Origin: Callorhinchus milii
Lineage: Eukaryota
Direction of reading: 5' to 3'
Assembly (NCBI RefSeq): GCF_018977255.1
Contig: NW_024704743.1
Span: forward strand, 109,928,001 to 109,992,000
DNA length: 64,000 nt
Part shown: in pieces, positions 48,766-62,069 of the stretch
Numbering within the stretch: position 1 is the first letter of the stretch
Layout of the letters: each line of letters opens with the position of its first letter
Position numbers and translations under genes: made by a program
The notes under the pieces: generated by a model
Told to the model about the DNA's origin: nothing
What the model saw: the letters and a program-made list of their open reading frames with translations, nothing else
Database searches by the model: none

Positions 48766-50303
48766 TAGTGTATTGAACCTATGAAGATCCACAGCAAGTC
48801 AATCAATATCTGAATAGGTTAATAATTCTAGATTTTCATGTAGCACCTATAGCATCAATGGCTTGTGGCTTTACGGGTAATTATTGCCAAGTGTTGTGAC
48901 AGATTTTTGTTTAGCTCTTCAGCTGTGAGCCTTTTATCATTTGGTCCCAATCTCTTTGGGGATGTTGGGCTTGTGCTTTCCCTTGTGGTTTCCTTTCATG
49001 GGCTATCTGAGATAATGAACTCTGTGTTGACTATAGAGCATTAATCTGTGACCTGATGTTTAAGTCGACTTCTTGTGCAAATCGATAATGGAATGGGAAC
49101 ACAGGACAGTTGACATTCTGAATGATAACAAATGAACCAGAGTTTTCTTTAACCAAATCTCTCTTGTACAGAACACTTTGGCTGAATTTAGTTTTGAATG
49201 AATGTACCCAAGGTTGAGTGATGTTATATGATGTTATATTGATGTACTGAAGTTTTAGCTTAATTGCTAATAGAAGTCAGGAAGAAATCCTACAGAGCTT
49301 TCCTTTTAGGGTTTTACCTGAAACTATTCACCTTCCTCCAGAGACAGTGTGCTGGGAAGAGTCACTTACAGTGCAAATCCACTGTCCAATAGAAGCAGAC
49401 AATAGTATTTCATGTTCCATTAATTGAAGATTAAAAACAAACGATGGAGGAACTTGCATTTTTAAAGCACTTTATCACAACAAAGTGAATTCTGTCATTT
49501 GTAGTGATTGCTTATGGGCAAATATGGCAACCATTTTCACACATCAGCATCCCACAAAGAGCCATGAGATGACCGACCAGTTTTATCCAGAGCATTGTTG
49601 GCCAGGACGTTGGTTGACACTTTTTGAAACAACCCTTTTCGAAAAGTTTCTTGGGGATTTTCACTTCCAACAGAGCAGACTGGTTAGAGAATGTCATTAG
49701 TCAAGGCCCGGGATTCAGACACTTTATTACTCTTCACTTCCTTTGCACCCGCAAGGTTGACTCGTGTTGGTACAGTCATTTTCCCTTCCCACTCTCTTCT
49801 CAAAGTCGATTCCTATAGAAACTGTAAACAATGGTTGGAAGGGGAGGTTGGAAGTGGAGGTTGGATGGGTTCATAGACACATATGTGGAATCTCAGTAGT
49901 TCACAACAACAATGCAAATGTATGCCTTTCACGGTGGGTTTGGAAACTCTAAGCAGTGATGGCCAGGCTGATGAAAAAAACACTTTTCCACAGCAGAAAT
50001 GTAGCCTGTTAATTTAGAGACAGTAACTCTATAGACTACCAGCAAACAAGGGTAAAGCACATTGTAATTGTCACTTCTTGTTGCGTCAAAACAATATCTA
50101 CTCTTTGGGATTTCTCTCTTTTGTGACTTGTAACATTCTTTACCCAATTCAGCCATTTACCTCCATCTCCCTACCAGCCAGGGCTCCCACTCCATCTTGG
50201 TAAAGCACTTTGAGATGTGGAAGGTTTTATATAAATGCAAATGTAAGTCAAGGTTGCTTTTGTATTCTATTTCCAAGTGTCTTACTGATGTAGAATGTTA
50301 ACC

Positions 50304-50321
50304 AACCACTAGGTGGCAGTG
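50304..50321 (+). promoter_or_regulatory. CTCF core motif
   Basis: CCACTAGGTGGCAG (50306-50319) matches CCASYAGRKGGCRS at every position. Confidence 0.55.
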
Positions 50322-50544
50322 AGGGGCAGTTGTAGTTGACCTCTGATTTATCCATTGGTTCCTGAGAGAGAATGATGGAGAGGTGGAACATTGCATGACC
50401 TCCTCCACCCATGCATCCTGAGTCATAAATAGTTACTCTCCATAAGCGGATGTGCCTTTGTGATGAAAGGTTTAGTAATATTTTTCTGCCATGTACAAAT
50501 TCCGTGTACAATAGAAACAAAATAATCGTTGCAACAAAACAATA

Positions 50545-50935
50545 CAATTTTACATTTATCAGAAGGACAGACATAGAGCCTTATCTTGTCAGGATGTCTC
50601 AAAGTATTTTTACTGTGAAGTGTAGTGACTGTGTATTTGTAAGTGAAAGTGCAACCAATTTGCGCACAGTAATGTGCCACAAACAGCCATGAAATAAGTT
50701 AGCAATTATTATTTGGGAGATCGTGGGCCAGGACAGGAGAAACTCCCCTCTCTTTTCAAATAGTGCCAATGCAATCTTTAACTTTCACCTAAAAAGGTAA
50801 AAAGGTCTCTGAAGGACAGCACCTCCAACCCTGCAGCACACTCCCAGTCTAGACTGTGAGTTAAATGTCGAGACACAGTGCTAAAATCCACAGTTTCTGA
50901 TTCAGAGACTAGAGTGCTACCAACTGAGTCAGGAC
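50545..50935 (-). mobile_element. Deu-SINE
   Basis: Head AGAGTGCTACCAACTGAGTCAGG; core and tail present. Confidence 0.8.
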
Positions 50936-51374
50936 AACAGATAAGATAATAAAGTAAAAATAAGGAAAACAAAAATAATAAAATAAAGGGTGATTAGCAG
51001 GTAGAAGAGAATAGTTGCACAAGTGATGGACAAGAAACCATATGGATTTATTTTGGGAAACTCATTGCTACACTTAAAGAGTATCCAAAACAAACTATTG
51101 AGTTTGAAGTACAGATTGAAATTTCAGTTTTTCTGGAATGGAGTGCATAATGTCTCACTCTGTTCACCTAATCCTGGAACGTATTATGCACAGCTTGGCA
51201 AGAGCTAAGATTTGGGGAACCCCAGAGTGTGCACTGGTGAGGTACTGTTGGAATTTAACCAGTTCAAAGGGTTCAGATTTATTAGGTGATGAGAGTGTTT
51301 TGTTGAAGGAAACCTTTGGGAGATTGGGTGGCTTGCTAGGTGGACAGTAGTCCACTTCTGCTTACAACCATAGT

Positions 51375-51950
51375 TTACATTTACACTTGTGTAACACCTT
51401 TCGTGTTGGGAGAACATCTCGAAATACTTTGCAAAGACTGGAAGGCGCTGGAGGAGGTGGGGGTTAGGGGGAGAAATGGATGAAAGTGTAGTCAAAGAGG
51501 TAGATCTTCAGGTGGGATTTGAAAGCAGAGAAGCAAGGGGATAAGAAGGAGGCATTTCAAGCGAACGTTCCAGATGGCGGGCCAAAGGTTCGCCCACCGA
51601 TGATAGATGGAGCAGGTAGCGACGGTGGGGAGGAGGCATGAGACAAGTTAGATGGAACGCAGGTAGTGGCTGAGAGAATAAGGTCACAGAAGGTCTGCAG
51701 CAATGCCTTACAGACAGCCTTGAATTGAATGATTTCTTGATCAGGAGAGGGGGGATTGTTGACGAGAGCAACTGCCTTCCCTTTTCAAATAGTGCTAGGG
51801 GAATCTTTAACATTCACCTATGGTGTCTCAGGCAGATTTTTTAATGTCTCACTCAGAAAGACAGCATCTCTGACAATGCAGTGTTCCTTCTCAGCACTGC
51901 GTTGGAGTGTCAGCCTTAACTGTGAGCTCAAAGTCCCGAATATGGGGCTC
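51375..51950 (-). mobile_element. L2 3' fragment (51375-51750) and Deu-SINE core (51750-51950)
   Basis: ACACCTTTCGTGTTGGGAGAACATC tail; CAGCACTGCGTTGGAGTGTCAGCC. Confidence 0.65.
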
Positions 51951-52631
51951 AGAATACCTGACATCAGCAAAGCACTCCCCTGTCCTATCAGACTGTCAAT
52001 TCCATTTCCCACGCCAGCCATCCTTGAGCGAGAATCTTGATTTCACGCCAGATTTCCAGGCGATTTGCACCCTGTGGGCCTGTGCCCAGCGGGGACTGAA
52101 TAGATGTTGTCTCAAACTCATTTTAATCAATTTGCACTCTTCGAACAAGCGGAGAGAACACTTTCACCTAATTTAAAAAAACTTCCCAATTGCCACAATA
52201 CAACTCTACCAAGGAGGGGAGTTGGTGGGGGATACAACACATGGAAATTCTTTTCTGTTTCTGAATCTTTTGTCAAGGCAATGAAACTTCCTGCTGATTA
52301 TAAAGTGAAAGTGATTGTACACCGCTTTTTTAGAAAGAAGACAATTAAGATCAGATTTATTAATCCTTCCGGCAATGCAACCACCGCCTTCCACCCCCCC
52401 CCCCCCCCCCACTCCCCAATCAAATCCCTTTCCTGTCAAGCTGAAAAGCTAGTTTGTTTGCATTTGGACAAATTGTTGGCTGTGATTATTGCCTTATCTG
52501 TTGAATGAAATCCATTTGATCCGGACCTTTGCAATATGTGGTAAGGTATTGTCATGTGTCATGGGTTTGGGCATCTTGCAAGCTATGCCTGGTTAGCTAG
52601 GGGTACATTTGCCACTCCATTTGTTGTTTAG

Positions 52632-52960
52632 GTACAGCCTAACTCAGATGGTAGCACTCTCACATCTGAGTTAAAAGGTTATGGGTTCAAGCCACATGCC
52701 AGGACTTTGAACTCCAGTCAAGGCTGACATTCCAGTGCAGTGCTGGACATTAAGGACCCCATGGAACTATTTGGAAAAAAAGAAATTAGTTTCTATGGTG
52801 TCTCAGCCAACAATCCTCCAGATAAAATTGTTTATTCACTGTGTGACTGTGGGACATTGCTGTGCGTAAATTGGCTGTAGCATTCACTTAAAGTTTACAG
52901 TGAATCATCTAACACACTTTGAGATGTCTTGACAATGTAATATCAATGCAAGGATAATTA
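52632..52960 (+). mobile_element. Deu-SINE, internally deleted
   Basis: CAGCCTAACTCAGATGGTAGCACTCTC head; GACCCCATGGAACTATT; tail ATGCAAGGAT. Confidence 0.75.
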
Positions 52961-53154
52961 ATTTTATTTGGAGCACAGCATTTAATGATAGGCATACATG
53001 AAGGATACATGGGAGAGATCAGTGAATTGAGATTAACATAGATGGCTTTCATCGTAGGAGCAAACACTGACACTAAAGACATTTTTAGTTTCGGCAACTG
53101 GGAGTCTGACGCGTGCAGAAACTCATCACCATGCCTTAAGAGTCTCCAAACCAG

Positions 53155-53425
53155 ATATAAACTTCCTATTGCTTGTTCAACTAGGAGCACTCTACCTGTT
53201 AGGGCTTTGGTTTGCATGGTTAACATGAGCTCAGTGGGAAGAATCCCTCCTCCCCTCCCTGTTTTGTCTCTCCAAGTCCTGCCCATGTATCAGACTTACT
53301 GGTCTCAGTGCATTGGAGTACTGCAGACACACTTGGTTCAGGAACTGGACTACCAAGATCACCACAGAGGATTGATTCAATTCCCACATTTTGTTGCCAA
53401 GAATGCCAACTTGGAGCCAGCTCAG
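53155..53425 (+). repeat. Family X repeat copy (3' part)
   Basis: CTACCTGTTAGGGCTTTGGTTTGCA...GGAGTACTGC...CAGGAACTGGACTACC matches 28580-28750. Confidence 0.75.
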
Positions 53426-54099
53426 CTACAAGAAAACATCACTTACCTCCCACTCAGGAGGATGGTGCATAAAGGCATCACCTAGTCCAACACTGTCTTG
53501 GAAACCTGAAGATCACAGATTTGGATGCTGAGTTAGCTGATCTCAGCTGAACAGTAGTCTAATTGACTTCAACAGTGACTATAGGTAGGCAGGTGAATGG
53601 GTGAAAAGTCAGAGCATCCTTTCTTGGGACCTTAAATTCCTCTTAGTCCGAGCTCTTTAAGATCATTTCATCTTAAAGTTTAAGATAGGACAGAAAAGTG
53701 AATTTTTTAAAAAAAAAATCAGCATCTTAATTGGGAAGGTTTTTTTCTGTGGTTCTTAAAAAGACACTGGTTTCTAAATTCAGAGGCTGAATTTTGGAAT
53801 TTTCCACAATTCAGTGCACAATTCATACAGCCTAACAGGAGGTGGAGTTTCGTCCACTAATGTGCTATTTTTGGGTTGTGGTTAGGGACATAGGATAACA
53901 GGGGGAGCCATTCAGCCCATCAAGTCTGTCCCATGAGATCTTTACAACTCTTAATCCCAATGACATGGTTTATTACTATATCCCTTTACAACACAAGTAC
54001 CTAAGTAAGTACACAAGTGCTCAAGTCTCTATCTATCTCTCTTAAGCATCCCTATTGGTTCCACCTCTACAGCTTTCTAGAGGAAGAGCATTCCACAAC

Positions 54100-54325
54100 T
54101 CCCAACAAGTTGTTTGGATATGGAATGCATTGCCTAAAAGGGTTGTGGAAGTCGATTCGAAAACAACTTTCAAGAGAACGAGATAGAATATTTGGGAGGA
54201 CAAATTTGCAGGACTATGGGTGAGAGTCGGGGAGTGGGACTAATTTAGACAGATCTTACAAGGAGCTAGCACGGGCACAATGGGCCGAATGGCCTCCTTC
54301 TATGCTGTATGATTCTATGATTCAA
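54100..54325 (+). mobile_element. CR1 3' end
   Basis: GGGCCGAATGGCCTCCTTCTATGCTGTATGATTCTATGATTC; same family as 1-1375. Confidence 0.88.
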
Positions 54326-54609
54326 TGAACTGAATATCCTCCTTGGCGGGAGGTAAGTTCCATGTACTTGGAGCTGAACTGGCTCCAAGATGACATGGTT
54401 GCAATGGACTTTTGGAATCAAGTTAATTCTCTGTGCAGGCTTGGTAGTTAGTTACCTGAGCCAGGTATTTCTGCAGTATTTCAAGGTACTGCTAATGACC
54501 GAAGTAGCTCATTGGTAGGACTTGAAGGGGTAGATCAGTCACTGGGGCTAAACCAATGCAAGAATAAAGGCTATTTGTGTCAGAACAGCGATGCCTATTG
54601 AAGGACAGT

Positions 54610-55038
54610 AACAATCTTTGCATTTGATATATTCTTTCATGTCAGGAGGACATTCTCACATCTCTTGGCAGGATGTACTGTAAAATGTAGTAACTTTTTC
54701 TGTAGGTCAATACACCAGCAAATTTGACACAGCAATGTCCCACAAATAGCCATGAAGTGAGTGACCAAATTTATCTGAGGGAATTGTTGCCTAGGCCACT
54801 GAGAAAAACTTCCTTCACTTTTCGAATAGGGCCATGGGATCTTTAACGTCCAGCTGGACAGGCAGACGGCATCTCGGTTTATCGTCTCATCTGAAGGATA
54901 GCATCTCCGATAATATAATGCTCCCCCAGCACTGTGCTAGAGTATCAGCCTGGCCTGTGAGTTCAAAGTCTTGATGTGGGGTTTGAGCACACAGCCTTCT
55001 GATTTGGAGGTGAGAATGCTACCAACAGAGCCAGGTAC
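54610..55038 (-). mobile_element. Deu-SINE, full length
   Basis: TTCGAATAGGGCCATGGGATCTTTAACGTCC core; head near 55035. Confidence 0.85.
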
Positions 55039-55909
55039 TCACCATGTTCACCTAATTCCAGTTAGATGGTGAGAGTCAATACTTGAGAGAACCCTGGAGT
55101 GTGTGTTTTAGGGGGTAATGCTGGAATTTAACCAGCTTGCCATTTGTGAACACTGGCAAGTTGTCCGGCTGCCTGCCCAGTTAAGTCCATTCCATACATT
55201 CATGCCACTGAAAGAGGTTGGAAAATTGTGCAAGCTGGTTTTCATATTTAATATTTTCATAAACTCCACTACAGCCCTTTAAGTGTTAAGCTGCTTGTAA
55301 TGGCATCCAATGTCTGTGTTTGCACAAAACACCCCAGGTCAGCATTAACCTATATTTAAGTTTGCTCTGCTGTATTTTATTTCCTTTGGGTGCAGTTGAC
55401 AAAATGTCACTGCTGTGCAGTAGTCTTAAGAATGGAGTGTGGGTGCGCATAGCAGATGGTTTTCCGCAAAGTACTTTGGAGCAAATTTATTTAAAAATAT
55501 TCAGTCAATTGTTGATGGGAAGGGAATTTTCAACAGTGGGCTTGTAAGTGTAGCCTTGCTCCCTCCCCCAGCCATATGGTTGCTAGCAGTGAATCCCAGA
55601 CCGGCTGTCATTCAAGCTGCTCAACATAACTGGGTGTTGGAATCCAATGGTGGCAGAGGTTAGAGAAAGGATCAGCTGGACCTGACCCTACCCAACTCCA
55701 AATGCTACTACCCCTCCCCAAGTATACCCTAGTTCTCAGATTGAGTGGAGCTGTCATGCTCTGCATCCCTCCAGTCCCAACCCACATTGCAACTGACCCG
55801 CTTCTTATCCCTGCAGGAACCATCTGTATCAGTGACTCCATGTGAGTTGACAATGCTTCAGAGATGCGGATGTATCAAACTACTGAGCTAGCATGTCTTG
55901 CCTGTCTTC

Positions 55910-56200
55910 CCATTCCACACGTTTTAATGTTGCAAAATCTTTCAGGCTTAAAATCTTCCGTACAAACCTGGCACCTCCCTACGTCTTTGACCTGCTACTC
56001 ACCGCCTTCACTCAGCTAGCTCCAGCCTTCCACACGTCCCTCATCCCCTCGGCTCTACCATCGGCAACCATGCTTTGAACCACCACGCACACCTGAAGAC
56101 CTTCCTCTTCAACTACCCCTATCCTCCGCTCGGCGTCAAGCCCCACCACTGTTAAGCACTCCGAGAAGCTACTGCTTTATGAATGCAAGTTATTGTTGTT
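55910..56200 (+). mobile_element. Old L2 3' fragment
   Basis: LAPPYVFDLL; ATGCAAGTTATTGTTG tail. Confidence 0.65.
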
Positions 56201-56232
56201 TCCGTCCAGCCCGCTAATGCTCACTCCATGTT

Positions 56233-56590
56233 TTAATAATCCTTGGATTTGATATAGCACCTTATCACGTCGGAAGGACGTCTCAAAGCGCTTCATAGGA
56301 AATTCTGTGAAATGGAGTTACTGTGTATTTCTAGGCAAATGTGGCAGCAAAATTGAGCACAAGAGTGTCCCAAAAACATTCATGGATTGAGTGACCACAT
56401 TTTTTTGAGGGATTATTACCCCTGGAAAGCGATCCATCAATCAATTAACAACCGGGTTCCTATTTACTGCTAGGTAAACAGAGGTGGTTGCAGTAAGGAA
56501 ACTTGTCCAAGGTTTCGCCCCACTCGGAAATCGAACCCGGGACCTCTCGCTTGCGAGGCGAGGATGCTAACCACTACACTTCGGGAATCC
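56233..56590 (-). mobile_element. tRNA-Ala SINE, long subfamily
   Basis: AATCGAACCCGGGACCTCTCGCTTGCGAGGCGAGG head; tail at 56233. Confidence 0.88.
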
Positions 56591-59011
56591 ACAAAGTTGA
56601 AGACCTGGGTAACATGAAGCATTGATTAAGGCAACATCAATCCCAGTACTGCAGACACTGTAGTTGAGATGAACTAATTTAACCCAGAGCAAACATTGAA
56701 CATGAGACAGGTCTGGTCTGCAAGGTCAAAAGCTGTGAGCTATTCCTTAATAATAGCTGATTTTTTTTTAATGCCCAGTGCAGATGATAAAGCTTTGAGC
56801 GAAGGGAGGGTTAGGATCATTGATCTTCGGACTTAACAAATGAAAGTTTGCCACAGATCCTTGCAGTTCCCCCCTTCCCCATCTCTCTCCCCTTCCAATT
56901 TCTTTCTCTGCCCACACCACCACCACCATCCCATCTCTCCTCTCCTTCACCTTGTGTTCCCTGAATTCTCTTGACTCCACATAAGGTTTGGAAGAAAGTA
57001 TAACATGCAGTGTTCAAAAAGAGGCAAACTCATCTGAAATTCATCTCCTCCTGTGCAGCTTTGCCTCAGCACAAATACCTTGGATATGTTCAAATTCAGT
57101 ATCAAATGTGACAGTCAGCCTGTTGCGTATGATAGTTTGGCCCTCGGTTGGGAACCAGATGCCCATTGAAGTCACAATGTGGATTTATCTGCAGCCCTTT
57201 AACTCTTGGATAGGCTGAACCAGCCTTTTCTAATCTCCGCCCAACCAATATGCATGACTACTACAGATACAATATATACAAAATTACATTTGTATAGCAT
57301 TGTTCACATTGGGAGGACGTTGTTTATGACACTTCTTGATAGCATTCCTTTATATGGATTTTCCAAGGGAAAAATTCTACGCTGATGATGTAGCATTTCA
57401 TACCATCCAGGATTTAGCAGATTCATAAATGCAGCCTTAATTTTTGAAGCTGTAAGTTTTGTTTAAGAGCTACAGAGGCAGCCCACGGTGGGAGGACATT
57501 TCCAGGACAGCTGCTATCAGGTTTATTCAACACCAACAACTTAATCCAGGTCTTCGTGGGAGTGCTTTTACCAAATAGATATGCCAATGTGAAGCTGACT
57601 TTGCCTCCATTCCTATGGTTGCACAGGCTGAGACTGGGTGGAATCTCGATCCTCTGGAGAGCACAGATAACCCTTTTCAACTGCAATGTGTCCCCTACCT
57701 AACTAGGTATCACTTGCAATAGTTAATAGCTGGCTGCGCTTTACTGGAGGTTTATCCTGCTCATGGTATCTTTGCTAAGAACCATTTAGAGGTTGTGATT
57801 GAGCTGGAGATTGTACAGTAATAGAGTTTTTGAAACCAGTCCTATAGGAAGCAATCGGACAAAAGGGAAATGAGAGGCCGACATATCGAACCTCCCTGTA
57901 CACAGCTGGCTCGATAAAGCAGAGCTGCAAAGAGCCTTTCATTGATCAGTTTGGGGTCTGCTTAGATGGTTAGATTTTTTCTCTCAACTTTGAGGAATGC
58001 AATCTGTAATTGATGAGAGGCTGGGATCTGGTTGCTACTGCAACTTCTGACTCACAACATCCCTGGTGGACACATCGTTTCACATGCTGCATTTTACCCT
58101 TTTTTTTTGCTTTCAAGCGGCTGGGATATTTTAGGTATTGTGCTAAAAGCACACTCACCTACAGGTCTTGTGTGCTGGGCTCACTATCTTGAATGCTGTG
58201 TTACTCAGTTGGACATAATGGTGGGTACCCCTGAGCATGGAAGGGTCAATAGGGGATATTTAAAGTATTACCTGGAATATATAAGGAACATCCACCCCAA
58301 TTGTTGACTTGTTTTGGTACCTTCAGGACTGCATGAGAAGGCGAGAAGGGCTCTTGCCTCTCTTCAATAACAGTAAGGTCCTGCTATGGGTTATGCTTGT
58401 GGGGTATAGGATGGGTCCCAAACAGATATTCCTCATAGTTCTAAAATTCTGGGCATGCAGGGGAGTGGTGTATTTTGACCCATCTGTTAAATCCAGGATA
58501 CAAACCAGTAAGCTGGATTAGTGGTTTAAGAAAAGGGGGTGGGGGGGCGGTGGTGGCTGGAGGGAGGGAGGACTCCTGTGGGGGAGAGCCCTGCCTACAC
58601 TGACCTGTTGCTAAACACCCTGGAGGCAGAATTCCTTCAAAGAGGCACAACCAAACATGTGGACCTGGATTAAGCAGATGGGGCTGAGTAAGTCTAGAGC
58701 CTGGCACACAGCATTAGATGGACCTCCAGAACATCAAAGTGGTTGGCATGTCCCAAGCTGTTTCCTCCCACCACACTGAAGTCAGATGTCTATCAAATAG
58801 TTGATGAGGAAATTCTGAGGCTTGCTTCAACAGTTGCTGGAAGACATTACCTGGATTGGTTTACAGAGAAGTAAGAAGTTGCTGCTCAAGCTTTGTACCT
58901 CCACCTTGTGGAACCATTGCTCAATGGGAAGGGATGTGGGCAGGAGGATGGCGGCGATGTTCTCACACATTTCATGCTGAGCTTTGCTCATCACCAAGGT
59001 GATGACCACAC

Positions 59012-59590
59012 CTGGTGAGACCACATCTGGAATACTGTGTGCAGTTTTGGTCTCCTTATTTAAGGAAGGATGTACTTGCCTTGGAGGGGGTGCAGCATAG
59101 ATTTACTAGGTTAGTAACAAGGATGAAGGAGATGAGTTATGAGGATAGGCTGACCAATTTGGGCCTATATTCTCTAGAATATAGAAGAATTAGAGGGGAT
59201 CTTATAGAAACCTGTAAGATCATCAAATGGCATGATAGACTAGATAGTGGGAGATTGTTTCCCCTGGTTGGAGAAACTAAAACCAGGGGTCACAATCTTA
59301 AAATCAGAGGCCAGCCCATTCGCACTGAGTTGAGGAGGAACTTCTTCACTCAAAGGGTGGTGAATGTATGGAACTCACTACCCCAAAGGGCTGTTGACGC
59401 TCAGTCCTTGAACATATTCAAGACTGAGACAGATATATTTCTTATTGCAAAAGGGATTAAGGGATATGGGGATAAGGCAGGGTTATGTTATTAGCTGGAG
59501 TTAGATTAGAAGATCAGCCATGATTGAATGCCGGGGCAGGCTCGCAGGGCTGAATGGCCTACTCCTGCTCCTACATGTTATGGTATGTAA
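59012..59590 (+). mobile_element. CR1 ORF2 C-terminus (open for 159 codons) and 3' UTR
   Basis: VRPHLEYCVQFWSPYLRKDVLALEGVQHRFTRL...TRGHNLK...FFTQRVVNVWNSLP; GGGCTGAATGGCCTACTCCTGCTCCT end. Confidence 0.95.
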
Positions 59591-60142
59591 GAAGGTTGGA
59601 CTGAGTTTCTGGCACCTGCAATTCACCTGGTAAAGGTTCATGCCTGTGCTTGTCAGACAGTGTTCTAAGTGGGAAACTGCGTTTTTAGCTGGTTAAACTC
59701 GAGCAGTTGCCCGATGCACATTCTGGAAACCCCAAGACTTGGCTCTCGCAAACCTGCACCTAATACACTCTGGAATTTAGGTCACCTGCCCCATGCATAG
59801 TCTCAGATTTCACAGTAAATCCAGTGAAGTGCTTTGAGGTGTTCTCTAGACATTAAAAATGCAAGTATTTTATTATTTAAGCAAGATGCATCCCTCCAGG
59901 AAGATAGTGCACACTCCATTCCAGTTACCGAGAGTTCCAATTATACATGCCACCTACACATGGACATTACCATGTCTGGTTTGCATATTCTTAAGCAGGA
60001 TGTCTGTATATTTTGGATACTTGCTCAGCTACCTAAAAAAAAGGTAAGGTTGATGTTACAGATAAGGTGCAATGTACAGTACTGTGCATGGAATATTACA
60101 AGCAACACTCGCAAAAAAATTTCTAATACTCTATACCTTGAC

Positions 60143-60340
60143 TGCTGTCTCTGTTTCTCTCTCTGTCGCTCTGTGTGTGTCTGTCTCTGTGTGTGTGTGT
60201 GTGTGTGTGTGTGTCCTTCTGAGTCTTTGTCTCTCTCATCCTGTCTCTTTGTGTCTGTCTGTCCATCTGTCTTTGTCTGTCACTATTTCTTTCTGTCTCT
60301 GCCTCTCTTTTCTCTGTTTCTATGTTTGTATGTATTTCTC
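60143..60340. repeat. (CT)/(GT) compound microsatellite
   Basis: Visible directly in the sequence. Confidence 0.9.
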
Positions 60341-61290
60341 TATATAAAACAGTATAAAAAGTCTGGAGTTGAAAGTAACACTATGTGATAATTATCACAG
60401 TGAATGTGGTATGTTTAACAATACCTTACAAATAAATCAGCAAAACAATACAAATAGATCAACAAGACAGACGCAGGTTAGGTTGTGTGTGAAAGAGAGA
60501 CCAACTTTGGGAGGGAGAGAGAGGAGGAGATAGAGCGAGGTGGCACAGAGATGATTGGAACATATTCATAGTCTGGTGGAGAGAAGACGTGTGCTTTAAG
60601 ACGTTAGACAAAGTGAGGATTTGGAAAAAAACAGCTGTGATTTCTGAAGGCTGTGTGTTCCCCAACCCCTACCCCACCTTACTGGTTATCCCCAGAACAT
60701 AGAGATTGGCTCCAACAATAGTTATCCTATTATCGTTAATCTTATATTCTGCGACCGTTAACAGACACAAATGGTAGCTGCTCCCAACCCACGCTGCAGT
60801 GCTGGGTGTCGGGAGGAAGGAAGGAGAGTTTAAAGCCAGGATGTATGTATATATTACACAGGGTAAATATTGAGATAAATAACCATTGTGTGGTCCTTGG
60901 CGCTTACTTTAATTAGTTCTCGGCTGCAGTCTGGTTGCAGAACACAGCCTGATGGTGTTTCCAATTTGCCTGACACTCTAATTGTCTTATCTCCCTGTGA
61001 CTGTACCTCAAGAACTTGCTTACTCCATATCCTGTTTGCAGTGTGTGTGTGTTCAGTGCCTAGAGTTTTCAGTCTTGATCAGGATAAACGTGGGTGGTGG
61101 GAATTAAGGCTTTTAACACATTCCCTTTAAGAGCTCACAGCGCTGTTTTGTCTTCCCTCTCTGAAAGATGCTGGTGTAATATCTCAGAGCAATAATGCCT
61201 TAATATGAACTGACAGTGCCAGCCTCTCCAGTGATACCTTCAATGGTGTTCATTGCAGCCTCACAATCGCCCTCTTCTCCGCTATAATGT

Positions 61291-61669
61291 TGAATTCTGT
61301 AGTGTAGTGGTTAAAGCATTCACCTTGCAAGTGAGAGACCTGGATTCGATTCCCGGGCGGGGTGAAATGTTGGGCAAGTTTCCATACTCGATATGCCTCT
61401 GTTTGCCTAACAGCAAGTAGGAATCTGGTTGTTAGTCGATTGGCGGAATGCTTTTCCGGGAGTAATAATCGGTTTAACAAAAAATAAAATTAAAAATTGG
61501 TCACTCAATCCATAACTGTTTGTGGGACACTGCTGTGCGCAATTAGCTGCTGCGTTTCACTCACAAATTATACAGTCAATTCACTTAACAGTATATTCTG
61601 TGAAGTGCTTTGAGATATCTCAAATTCGTGATAAGGCGCTGTATCAAATGCTAGGATTATTATTATTAT
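61291..61669 (+). mobile_element. tRNA-Ala SINE, long subfamily
   Basis: GTAGTGGTTAAAGC...GGATTCGATTCCCGG head; full body and tail. Confidence 0.9.
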
Positions 61670-61695
61670 GTTCACCTATAACATACCAATATATA

Positions 61696-62060
61696 TGAAA
61701 TCCTGCAGCTTAGTGGTTCGAGCACTCGCCTCCCAAGAGAGAGGACCAGGGTTCGATTTCCAGGCAGGGCAAAATGTTGGGCAAGTTTCCTTACTCGATA
61801 TGCCTCTGTTTGCCTAGCAGTAAGTAAGAACTCGGATTTTAGTCGATTGGCGGATCACTTTTCCGGGGGTAATAATCCCTTTTTAAAAAAAAGTGGTCAC
61901 CCAATCCACAACTGTTTGTGGGACACTGCAGTGCACAATTGCCTGCCACGTTTCGCCTACAAAATACAGTCAATCCATTTTACAGTATACTGCTTGAAGT
62001 GTTTTGAGACATCTCAAAGATGTGATAAGGCGCTATATCAACTGCAAGGATTATTATAAT
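61696..62060 (+). mobile_element. tRNA-Ala SINE, long subfamily, in tandem with the previous copy
   Basis: GCAGCTTAGTGGTTCGAGC...GGTTCGATTTCC head; full body and tail. Confidence 0.9.
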
Positions 62061-62069
62061 GTGCACATC

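Noticed and set aside
53520..53600. GCTGAGTTAGCTGATCTCAGC, reminiscent of another fish SINE core
   Set aside because: Too short and single-copy here to assign a family.
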